A stretch of DNA of 33,238 nucleotides from Octopus bimaculoides (lineage: Eukaryota): assembly GCF_001194135.2 (NCBI RefSeq), contig NC_068981.1, positions 167,433,370-167,466,607 of the forward strand, read 5' to 3'. The position numbers and the translations under genes were made by a program. This document shows positions 24,060-33,155 of this stretch, one piece after another. Below the pieces are notes generated by a model. The model saw only the letters and a program-made list of their open reading frames with translations, did not search any database and was not told where the DNA came from. Positions within the stretch are counted from its first letter, which is position 1; each line of letters opens with the position of its first letter.

Positions 24060-24220
24060 GGCTGGCAGACACGTTAGCACCCCGGGCGAAATGCTTAGCT
24101 GGTTTTTCATCTGTCTTTACGTTCTGAGTTCAAATTCCGTCATGGTCGACTTTGCCTTTTATGGTTTCGGGGGTCGATAAATTAAGTACCAGTTGGGGAA
24201 GGGAGTCGATTAAATCGAGT
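24060..24220 (+). mobile_element. SINE family A, lacking the 3' tail
   Basis: gctggcagacacgttagcaccccgggcgaaatgcttag...gttctgagttcaaattccg...gggggtcgataaattaagtaccag. Confidence 0.85.
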
Positions 24221-25630
24221 TGAACAGTCTTCATCAGGATGCCTGTGTTGTTGAAATTTTCGTGCTACGCCTTTTCACGTATCGAAAATATTATTACTAA
24301 GGAGAATTTAACAATCAGACGAGAATCGTGAAATTGTTGGCAAACCTCAGAATTACCTCATCTATGATGAAGGTTCAATTTCTATTTCTGTCCGTTCCTC
24401 ACATCGGCTATTAGGGAATATCTTCAAGAATGATGGAATCTATCTGCTTGATTTGACCTCCATCAAGGATTATGGGAAATTTATGGATTTTCAATCTTAG
24501 TCTTATCTATTATCTTTACTTTCTTGCTTATGAATTGCTTTCAAGATCATTAATTATGGCTTTTATGCATTGAGTTTGTTTGTTTGTTATATTTCTATGA
24601 TATACTTTGCGTCCATAATTTGCATTCGGAATCTTTGTAAAGGCTATTCAGCTTCTATGTGATCACTCAAGCTGCTAAAAGTAATAGCCGAATCTCTTTC
24701 ATATCTCATAATACTGCCTTACAAAAGGAAATACATACTGGATAATATAGTAGATATATAAAAGGACGAAATATTCTATTGTGGGACGCTTTTTGGTAAT
24801 AAGTCTGCTGTATGAAAAGTAACCCGGAGATTCATGGAACAGACGCTGATATATCTTATAGCTTATAGTATAGTATAATCTTGAATGACCACAGAAGTAG
24901 TCTTTACGTATATAAACACCTATACATTAATACACGACAATAAATGTACGTGTTGTGTTAGAAGGTTGACATCGCACTCGGTTCTTTCAATATTGCAACA
25001 ATAGTTTAGTATTGTGCAAATATCTTGAAAGCATTTGATTTTTATTTTCCTTTTGACCACTCGATGTATTTGTTTGGAAAATAATTGTAATATTGCACAA
25101 CATCCAAAGTACGATATGAATTTACACAATGTCAATGCGATGGGCGTCATTTGTTTAATCATTCTTATCCATGGTTTCTTTTTTCATGAATTAGTCGGAA
25201 GTGGGGTGGAGGGTACTTTCAGACTCATGAAACGTTCATATTGAATTTCTGTTGGCAGACAACTTTAGCAAAGGGAGGTAGGGGTGAATTAAAGAGGACT
25301 GTTGTTCTGGGATGAAATAATTGAACAAAATGTGCGGTTCATTGTCTGAAAGTTGAAATAGAGCAGACACAACGAAAGGAGGAGAGTGGAGTTGTATAGA
25401 ATGATCCAGGTTAGTAGTGGTATGTAATTAGCTTGTTTAGAGGACCAGAAGCAGTTCTTAGTAATGGGGACAGAAAGAATGATATATCTGTGAGCTAATG
25501 GTTTTGTCATGCTGGTGATCGAATCTTTGCTAATATTCTGAGTAGCAGTTTGTTTAGATGTAGTCTAAGATATTTGTGCGTATATTAGCAACATCGTTCC
25601 AGATATATGAACATTAATTAGAAATGATCA

Positions 25631-25726
25631 GTTTCTAACTTTGTTAGTTTCTAACTTTGTTAGTTTCTAACTTTGTTAGTTTCTAACTTTGTTAGTTTCT
25701 AACTTTGTTAGTTTCTAACTTTGTTA
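25631..25726 (+). repeat. Perfect 16-bp minisatellite, (GTTTCTAACTTTGTTA) x6
   Basis: Six exact units counted from 25631 to 25726, with no spacers. Confidence 0.95.
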
Positions 25727-26174
25727 GAAACTAATCAAAGCTAAATTAATTTACTATTTCATTTGAATTCAACAACGATAAAATCTATACGGTTATTGTA
25801 GAGAGCAGTTTATTTTTTAAGATATTTAACCCATGCGCGCACGGAAATTATATACTTATTACTTGTTTAATGAGATAATTATTGAATATTTTTTCTCATC
25901 AGATATATATATTCAAGACTGATATGACACACTGTCATATTATTTAAAATATTTTGCTTATATAAATTGTGAACTGTATTTTAATCAGAAACGATAGTCA
26001 TAATTTGGGAAGTGAGCCTAGTTCATTACACGCATTAAAACCACCTTCTGCTGAGCCTTGCGTCTCTTTAGTGTGAGACCGCCCGATTAAACTCCACTAT
26101 TTTCTGGTCATTGGGTGCCTTTTGTATTTCAACATCTGGGTTAATTTCGCCAACTCTTGGTTCTTAGTTGCCTT

Positions 26175-26214
26175 TAGTGGGGTATCACCCCTTAAATCGG
26201 GTGATACCCCACTA
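26175..26214. repeat. Perfect 16-bp inverted repeat with 8-nt spacer
   Basis: TAGTGGGGTATCACCC (26175-26190), CTTAAATC, GGGTGATACCCCACTA (26199-26214). Confidence 0.95.
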
Positions 26215-26470
26215 GCATCGGGCTCACAATCATGAGGCAGTGGATTTGATTCCCGGACCGGGATGTGTGTTGTGTTCTTGAGTAAGACACCTTATTTTTT
26301 TCCCGTTGCTCCTGTTCACTAAGTTGAAGAAATGAATTGGATAACATTCGTGATATGAAGTGAGGAGGCTCGTATGCATCAGCGACTGCTGGTCTCCCAT
26401 AAACAATCTTGCCCGGATTTGTGCCTCGGAAGGTAACTTTCTAGGTGTATTCCCATGCTCATTCACTCGT
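26215..26470 (+). mobile_element. Third SINE family (tRNA-like head plus conserved central domain of CORE/V/Meta type), degenerate
   Basis: B-box-like 'gatttgattcccggacc' is followed by 'gtgttgtgttcttgagtaagacac...ttgctcc', which resembles the central TGTCCTTG(A/G)GCAAG(A/G)CAC motif of widespread metazoan SINE superfamilies. The exact superfamily cannot be determined by eye. Confidence 0.55.
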
Positions 26471-27894
26471 TACTCCTTTACCTGATTTAACAACACCATT
26501 CCTTGGTCCTTTAGTAACTTTAGTGTATTATCACTCGGACAAGCCCCACATCAGCTGGTACTTTGAGACTTTGATTTGCCATCACTTATTATGCGCCATT
26601 ACTCTCTTTAGTTGGTCTCTGGGTGCTTTAGTAGAATTCACTCTCTTGCAAGCATTCGGATCAAATTTCCAGTCTGTGGATAACGCAGTATTTTGATTTA
26701 CTGCTTACTTCTGTACCTTTTTATGTGTAGTATTACTATTTGTTCGGCGTTTCAGAGAGAAGCGGTTTACCGGCGGAAGAATGCTCCAAATAGGAGAGAG
26801 AAATTGACTCCTAACATCGCATGAATAGCGTCTATTTACTGGATGGTTCACATACGGTAATCGACTTCCAGTTGTGCTACTTACAGGCATTGACGTAGGA
26901 TTCTAGCAGCAAATCTTGAGTCTTCATGAATCCGATGTTCTGTCACCAGTCTCGTAGGATCTATGAATATTTATTGGCATGTTACCCTTGATATTTTGAT
27001 GAAATCATTCAACAATAGTAATGGAAAGAATATCAGCATTACTACCAAAAATAGCAACACCAATAGCAACAACAGTAACCAGTTATTTACTCGAGAATAA
27101 CAATATTCAAATTGACTTTAGCATAAGTAAACACATTTTATTTCAGAACTAACAACATACCAATCGGTTAACTACTAGTATCAGTGACTTGAGTAACATT
27201 AGATACACCAGTTACATTAGGTAATGAAGAAAAATTATTTATTTCGCTAACACTAAAAGCAATTAGTAGTTAGGCTGATTAATCTTATTAGTTATTTCAG
27301 TAACACTTACGACATAAGTTATTCGGTGAATTAATAACATTACTTATGAAGAGATCACTAATAACATTGGTTAATTGTTTAATTAACATCATTGGTTACT
27401 TCGGCAACACAAACAGCTATAGCTGTTTGGGTAACACTAATACAATTTAATTACTCTTTTAATGGGTTAACTAATTGATCAGATAACAGTTTTCAACTAT
27501 TTTCTCAAATTCATTTTGATTTTGGTCGAATAATGTAAAATCATAACGTTCAGTGAACATGTCGGCTTAAATTTTATCGGATATGACATTGAGAGAAATA
27601 ACGCAGACGATAGCGAGTACAATGAGGTTTAAAACTGATAATGAATATAATAGTGATGAGAGCGATGATGGTTTTTAATGATAAAGGAACTAATGAGGAT
27701 AATGGTGATCAGAGCATTACTGATATTTCTGTTTATATGGACGTCAACGACGACGACGACAATAATAATGTAGTGTTACCCATGTAACTATATATATATA
27801 ATGGATAATAAAACGAATGGTTTACACTTGGTAGCTTACTAGTAGAGTACGGTCACTTTCACAGTGATCATTATGTTACTACTTTTCTCTCTAG

Positions 27895-28121
27895 GTTGTG
27901 TGTTCGTTTCTCTTTTTGCCATCTGTGATTTCATTTTTGATCTTCTATATAAATGTAGATATTGCCTCCGCCCGGCTGCTTTTCTTTCTACAAAACGGGC
28001 AGATACATTGCGGAACAGATGTTTTAGAGAGTTGTATTTATCAATCGACGGGATACATCTGCACCACCGGATGCTCCTGAACCAGTTGTTGAGTGTCCCG
28101 CCCATGAGGAATCGATGCTAG
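27895..28121 (+). CDS. Candidate coding exon (possible terminal exon of a membrane protein); unverified
   Basis: Acceptor-like ttttctctctag|G at 27894/27895. A phase-1 frame stays open to TAG 28121: (G)CVFVSLFAICDFIFDLLYKCRYCLRPAAFLSTKRADTLRNRCFRELYLSIDGIHLHHRMLLNQLLSVPPMRNRC*. The segment looks GC-richer than its flanks and matches no repeat I recognise. No partner exon was found. Confidence 0.25.
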
Positions 28122-28188
28122 ATGCGTCGAAACAATTGTCGTGATTAATAATAAATTCTCGTATATTCCATCTTTAATCTTCCATTTT

Positions 28189-28272
<84 letters not shown>

Positions 28273-28277
28273 ACACA

Positions 28278-28539
28278 CTAGACTACCCGTGACCCGTTGG
28301 GTCACCGGTGAAGTCTGAGTTTCCAAGCAACGGAGTTTTGTTTCGTGTTTTTTTTTCATTTCCATGTTATTTTGCATGCTTTCAACGAATAAGATCGAAA
28401 TCACGCGTAAACGGCTCCTTTCCCCAGAAAAAGAAAGATTTGGCTACTACTATTTCTTGCACGTCCTGCTACCACGTAACATGTATTTCCGGTCCTTTAT
28501 CGCAAATAGCTGTCACGTGGTAGCAGGGTGTGTTAGAGA
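28278..28539 (-). mobile_element. Non-autonomous Helitron-like element (~262 bp)
   Basis: On the minus strand the 3' end is a GTGACCC-aac-GGGTCAC hairpin (28289-28305) 7 nt before CTAG (28278-28281), followed by T. The putative 5' end is A^TCTCTAA at 28540/28539. This matches the canonical 5'-TC...hairpin-CTAG-3' Helitron structure at an AT site. The 5' boundary is less certain. Confidence 0.6.
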
Positions 28540-28609
28540 TAGCAGTCAAATCTTTAGAGGCGTGATACGTTGAATGCACCCGAAAGAAACCTATGGAAAA
28601 AAAACTGTT

Positions 28610-29045
28610 TCGCACCGAGATTACGAACGGATCTTTTACAAAATATTGACCGTATCTGACGACATGATATTCGGCGATCTTACATTATCATACCAAGAGC
28701 AAGGTCAGGGTTGTTCTTGGTGGTTGCAGTTGGAGGTCTCCCTGGTCTGGGATCATCTTCCACGGTTGAATTCATTTACTCAGCGTTTGACTGTTGCATA
28801 TGAAGGAGCATTGTCTGTTAAGGTTCTCACCATATCTTCATGGATTTCAGATGGAGTCATGCCTTTCAAGTGAAGGTACGTTATGACAGCACGATACTCA
28901 GTTTTCTCCAGTTTCCTTGGAACCTCGACACATGAGAATGAGCAAGAATACTCCGAAAAGACTGTACTTACCAGAAAAAATTGTTTCAGCTATCTAGCAG
29001 CCCTGTTTCTAGGTCAGGCTCAAAACTTTTCATACACCCCTCGTA
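28610..29045 (-). mobile_element. mariner (Tc1/mariner) transposon, 5' TIR plus N-terminal HTH of a dead transposase
   Basis: TA-CGAGGGGTGTATGAAAAGTT terminus at 29045. Translation from 28911: LEKTEYRAVITYLHLKGMTPSEIHEDMVRTLTDNAPSYATVKR*VNEFNRG, frameshift, EDDPRPGRPPTATTKNNPDLALGMIM*DRRISCRQI. This is the mariner bipartite HTH with the GRP linker. The DD34D domain is absent. Confidence 0.92.
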
Positions 29046-29689
29046 TATTAAACGCTTTTATAAGTCAATACTGTGTTCTACCGTACTAGCAGTGCTACTA
29101 AATCACTTGTTAACGTTATCTCTGCAAATTTTCTACAGAAATTATAGCCAGTGCTAAGTTTGTTCCTTATCTGAGTACGCCTAATGTTTAACAACAGTGA
29201 GATCGAAGATGAAAAACTAATAATGGGTGTATAAGCCATATTTCAGGAGTTTGTGCTCCTTCATTAGCACGCATCCAACCCATTAACCATCCACTAATTC
29301 ATTGCTTAAATAGCCACTAAATATAGCGGTGTAACATCATTGGATATAGCAATTTTACTCATCAAACACATTCCTAGATGCTGGTACGCAAATATTAATG
29401 ACTTAGTGAGAGAATAGCATTAGTTACCTGGGTAGCGCTACTAGCTAGTTAGTTTGGTAACTACTATAATCTAGTCCTGTTATTGCTTTAGCCAGAGAAC
29501 GATTTTCAACTAATATTTCATTTTACTTTATCCGAGTAAAATAAAATGTTCACAGTGAAATATTGAGATTGTTAATTTAATTGGATATGACATTGACAGA
29601 AATAATACTGACGTTGATGGCCCTCAACGAGGACTGCCTATCACAATGAAGTTGGCAGTAATGAGAACGATACTGAAAAGGGTGTTAAT

Positions 29690-30110
29690 GATGAGAGTGT
29701 ACATGATGAGGAAAATGATGATGAGGAAGATGACGATGATGATGATGACGACGACAATGATGAATCTATCAAGGTGATGGTATTCATGATGATGACGTTT
29801 ATAATTATAAGGATGATGATGATATGATGATAACGACAACGACGGCGACGACGATGATCATGATGATTATGAAGGAGGAAGTTATGATTACGACGAGGAT
29901 GCTGTAGGTGGTAATGACAGTAATGATGTTTATAATGATGATGATGATGGTGTGCACGTGGTAGCGGTGATGATGAGGATGATGACGATGACGATGACAA
30001 TGATGACAATGATTGTAATGAAGATGATGAGGGTGTTCGTGTAGGAACTGACAATAATGATGGTTATAAAGATGATGACGACAACGACGATGCGGATGGT
30101 GATTACAAGA
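29690..30110 (+). repeat. Degenerate (GAT/GAC/AAT)n low-complexity tract
   Basis: Read directly from sequence. It is the source of the His-, Ser- and Ile-rich minus-strand ORFs. Confidence 0.85.
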
Positions 30111-30544
30111 TGTATTTATAGGTCTGTACATAAAGAAAAACTTAGTGCATCGGTGAAACGATTCGGCGAACTGCGTTTCAATTTCCGCTCACAGCAATTT
30201 TACGATAGTTTAAGTGGCTCATTTCCTTTTATAACGGCATGAATGTCACAACAACTATAGGTTACATACCCACCTAGATAAACCAACAGGAAACTGCATC
30301 AGCGTCTATTCAATGAGATATTCAGACAACCATAGCAAGTTAAGACCGGAAACGGACATGATTAAATGACGGAGACGATTTAACTGACTATAAATCGTCC
30401 CTCTCCCTCACCACAAACAACACCAATAAGATCGCAACAAAATGCGTAGTCACGTGGCTAAATGAGAAATCATTATAATTATTATTACTGTCATTGGTAG
30501 AATCAGTAGGGCCGACTGATAAAAATGCTTTGTGTTGGGGTGGT

Positions 30545-30890
30545 GGATTGGCAGAAAGTTAATGCTTCAATCAAATTCCTTAAGTTCGAGCTTTTATGTT
30601 CTGAGTTCAAATCCCGTCGAGGTAAACTTTACCTCTCAGTCTCCCGGAGTCCACAAAATAAAATACAAGACACCTACCTTCCCAATGTATGGTCTCTTAC
30701 CTATGTCAGAAACTGTTCTTTTGTTAGTTATATTCTTTTATGTTCTAAATTCAAGTCTTATACCGTGGTAAAGTTTGCTTCTCATCCTTCTTGAGTCGAC
30801 AAAGCAAAATACCGGTCAAGTAGTAAGGTCGATTTAATCGACAGATACCCTCTCTCAGAATTTGTGGCCTTGTGTTTATATTAGAAGCGG
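30545..30890 (+). mobile_element. Two degenerate SINE family A copies
   Basis: ttggcagaaagttaa...gttctgagttcaaatcccgtcgagg (~30550-30625). A second body reads ...gtcgacaaagcaaaatacc...ggtcgatttaatcgac...ggccttgtg (~30740-30880). Confidence 0.6.
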
Positions 30891-31044
30891 CTGCTTAGTT
30901 AGAAGTCTTCTGGCATCGATAAACTAAAATATCTGAAAAGCCAATTCTTCCTTTTCACTTTCTCCTTCAGTTACAGCCTCAGGTTGGTGCTTATACCACT
31001 TGTTAAGAGATTTTATTTTATAATGCTGACGTATTAACTAGTAT

Positions 31045-31303
31045 AGATACCGGCCAACTCAGCCATGTCTTGGTCTATACTCTACTGGAACTAAAACTTT
31101 ACATGAGAGATTAAGTGGTTCATTGTTTCAGTCTCATCATTGCAGAATCTGCACTTTGGATCAACTCCATTTTTCATCACATTGGCTTGGTCGTTCCGGA
31201 TCAATAAAGTTTGATCTTGAAGAACAAAGACGAAACCTTCGATCTCTGCATTTAGCCCTAAACTTCTTACCCACTGATGGATGTGCGTCTGGTCAACATC
31301 AAC
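31045..31303 (-). mobile_element. R4/Dong-type LINE fragment: post-RT region with CCHC zinc knuckle
   Basis: Not in the ORF track. Manual translation from 31303: VDVDQTHIHQWVRSLGLNAEIEGFVFVLQDQTLLIRNDQANVMKNGVDPKCRFCNDETETMNHLIS, frameshift, (C)KVLVPVEYRPRHG*VGRYLY. It contains the ETEG...QDQ-like motif and a C-x2-C-x7-H-x4-C knuckle followed by Y-x-x-RH. Confidence 0.9.
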
Positions 31304-31333
31304 TTATTTGTTATGGGCCAAATTTTATGGGCC

Positions 31334-31470
31334 TAAGTATTCTAGATGTCCCTAATAACACTGTTTTCTGGAACTGCACGAGACAAGGTTTCATGCCTAT
31401 TTCCTCTATCCATCTATTCAAATCTTTATAGATAGTTTCTGATGCACCCATGACTACAGGAATACCTTTT
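31334..31470 (-). mobile_element. R4/Dong-type LINE fragment: RLE C-terminus
   Basis: GIPVVMGASETIYKDLNRWIEEIGMKPCLVQFQKTVLLGTSRILR. It begins directly after the (AAT/GAT/AAC)n tract 31470-31647. Confidence 0.88.
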
Positions 31471-31486
31471 ATTATTATTATTATTA

Positions 31487-31517
<31 letters not shown>

Positions 31518-31572
31518 CATCATCATCATCATCACCATCATCATCATTATTATCATTGTTGTTGTTATTGTT

Positions 31573-31607
<35 letters not shown>

Positions 31608-31647
31608 CGTCGTCATTATTATCATTATTATCATCATTATTATTATT

Positions 31648-32965
31648 CAGTAGTTTTATTTTTATAGCTTGATTTCACTTCACTACCGGGCGCAGCTCTG
31701 TGTGCCTTGGGTATGTGCAAAATTTTGGTGTACTTCTGTCAAACCAGTCAGAAGTTAGGGATCCAGTCCAGTCCTGGGGTTCTCCAATAGTGAAACTTTC
31801 TAAGAACACATCTTAGCTCTTCTACTCTTATTGCCTCCCATTTCTGCTCCTCAACGTCACCTAGTCTCACTTCCTTACGTTCTATCCAGTGAGCTTCAGC
31901 ATTATATTCTTTTTTTGTTGCTCCGTATCTCCTTCCAGAACTCTTCAGTTTCATCAATCTTAGGTGGCTCCTTTACTACTATCTTGTTTTTACCAATTTC
32001 CCTGTAAACATTTTTTGCATCCGTTTTGAATACCTTGTTTTGTCGATAAAATCTGATTCTTTTGTCATACATTTTGAGCTGTTGGGCTTTCTGTTTTATT
32101 CGTTGTTTCACTAGTTTCTTGGTCGCTGTGAGGTTTATAAAATCTTTGATTTTTATATTTTTGCCTGATTTTTCTAGCTTGTTTCGTCTTAACATTTACT
32201 CTTCAAGAAAGTTCATCGAGAACTTATACGCCCACCCGCAAAAAATTCGGTCTCTTTTTATATTGCTGCTTTCCACTTAGGATGCCTATTGACATGGTTG
32301 GTCCTTTTGTATCCTCCTGATACTTAATTGAGCAGTTTCGGCGGGAGGGAATAAGTCGATTACATCGACCCCAGTGCTTAACTGATGCTTATTTCATCGA
32401 TATTGAAAACATGAAAAGCAAAGTCGACCTCGGCGGAACTTGAACTCAGAAAGCAGGAAACGCCGCTAGGTATTTTGCCCTGCGTGCTAACGTTTAGCAG
32501 TGGAATAGATGAGGTTATGTAAGGTTGTTGGGTCATTTCCTTTATTTCTTAAGATCTGTCTAAGAGCAATATTATATATCATGATTATGTTGTTATTTCT
32601 TATGCTGTTGAGAGCTTTGTTAGCAGTTCTCTATTGATCATGTCAGTAAACTCAGTCTTGCTGAGTTCTCCCATAATATCTTCATTTGCTTCTATGATTT
32701 TCTCTTTATTATTCACTTCAAATTCTGTTTCATATCTATTCTGCTTTTCTTGAGGTAGGTCTACTTTCTCCTCTTTTTCCGCATATCTGTTCTTCGCTAT
32801 TCTTTCTTTAGCTTCTTCGTTGGGATGTACTGCTCGTACACTGAGTTCTGTGCATCTGTTATCTATTTCATCTGCATTGTTGCTGTTTTCGTTTCGCCTA
32901 CCATGAGATATGTGTGTCCTAATTTGGCTAATTTCAACGTCAGTTAGCCTTTTTTTCTTATTTAT
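31648..32965 (-). mobile_element. R4/Dong-type LINE, 5'-truncated and internally deleted (N-terminal and pre-RT coding fused to the 3' UTR), with a nested SINE
   Basis: Peptides in order: KKRLTDVEISQIR; IMGELSKTEFTDMINRELLTKL; NIALRQILRNKGNDPTTLHNLIYSTAK; HPKWKAAI; LVKQRIKQKAQQLKMYDKRIRFYRQNKVFKTDAKNVYREIG; EPPKIDETEEFWKEI; WEAIRVEELRCVLRKFHYWRTPGLDWIPNF. A 71-bp 3' end (31648-31718) follows and runs into (AAT)n. Confidence 0.88.
32341..32493 (-). mobile_element. SINE family A nested inside the R4/Dong ORF
   Basis: Reverse complement reads gttagcacgcagggcaaaatacctagcggcg...tctgagttcaagttccgccgaggtcgactttgc...ctggggtcgatgtaatcgacttattccctccc. LINE coding resumes on both sides. Confidence 0.85.
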
Positions 32966-32980
32966 CATCATCATCATCAC

Positions 32981-33052
<72 letters not shown>

Positions 33053-33063
33053 CATTATTATTA

Positions 33064-33139
<76 letters not shown>

Positions 33140-33155
33140 CATCATTATTATTATC

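Larger units (their letters stand above)
1..33155. repeat. Window-wide microsatellites
   Basis: Examples: (AAT)n 5333-5373, 6420-6600, 6971-7150, 8570-8710, 23515-23596, 32965-33155; (TATC)n 5677-5773, 9652-9690; (CTT)n 14047-14139; (ATT)n 14310-14380; (ATC)n 14947-15020; (CA)n 16221-16282; (TACA)n/(TA)n 16838-16920; (TA)n 28191-28268. Confidence 0.95.

Noticed and set aside
25200-25580. Possible CR1/L2 endonuclease remnant on the minus strand (RTNILDYI*TN)
   Set aside because: A single short motif with no convincing continuation.
25631-25726. CRISPR-like array
   Set aside because: Units are contiguous with no spacers, the context is eukaryotic and there are no cas genes.
4430-26260. tRNA genes suggested by A-box/B-box motifs
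   Set aside because: Every box-like motif belongs to a SINE head followed by a SINE body, and no cloverleaf could be folded. No rRNA was recognised either.
28010-28180. Minus-strand Ser/Gly-rich frame (EFIINHDNCFDASSIDSSWAGHSTTGSGASGGADVSRRLINTTL*)
   Set aside because: No start or credible acceptor; upstream is (TA)n and the Helitron. It remains an alternative explanation for the GC-rich patch but is less supported than the plus-strand candidate.
29624-30131. His-rich, Ser-rich or acidic protein ORFs
   Set aside because: Decayed (GAT)n/(CAT)n tract. The frames break frequently and there is no start or splice support.
32600-33145. 181-aa ORF as a host gene
   Set aside because: The N-terminal third is (AAT/GAT)n and the remainder is the N-terminal region of the R4/Dong ORF.
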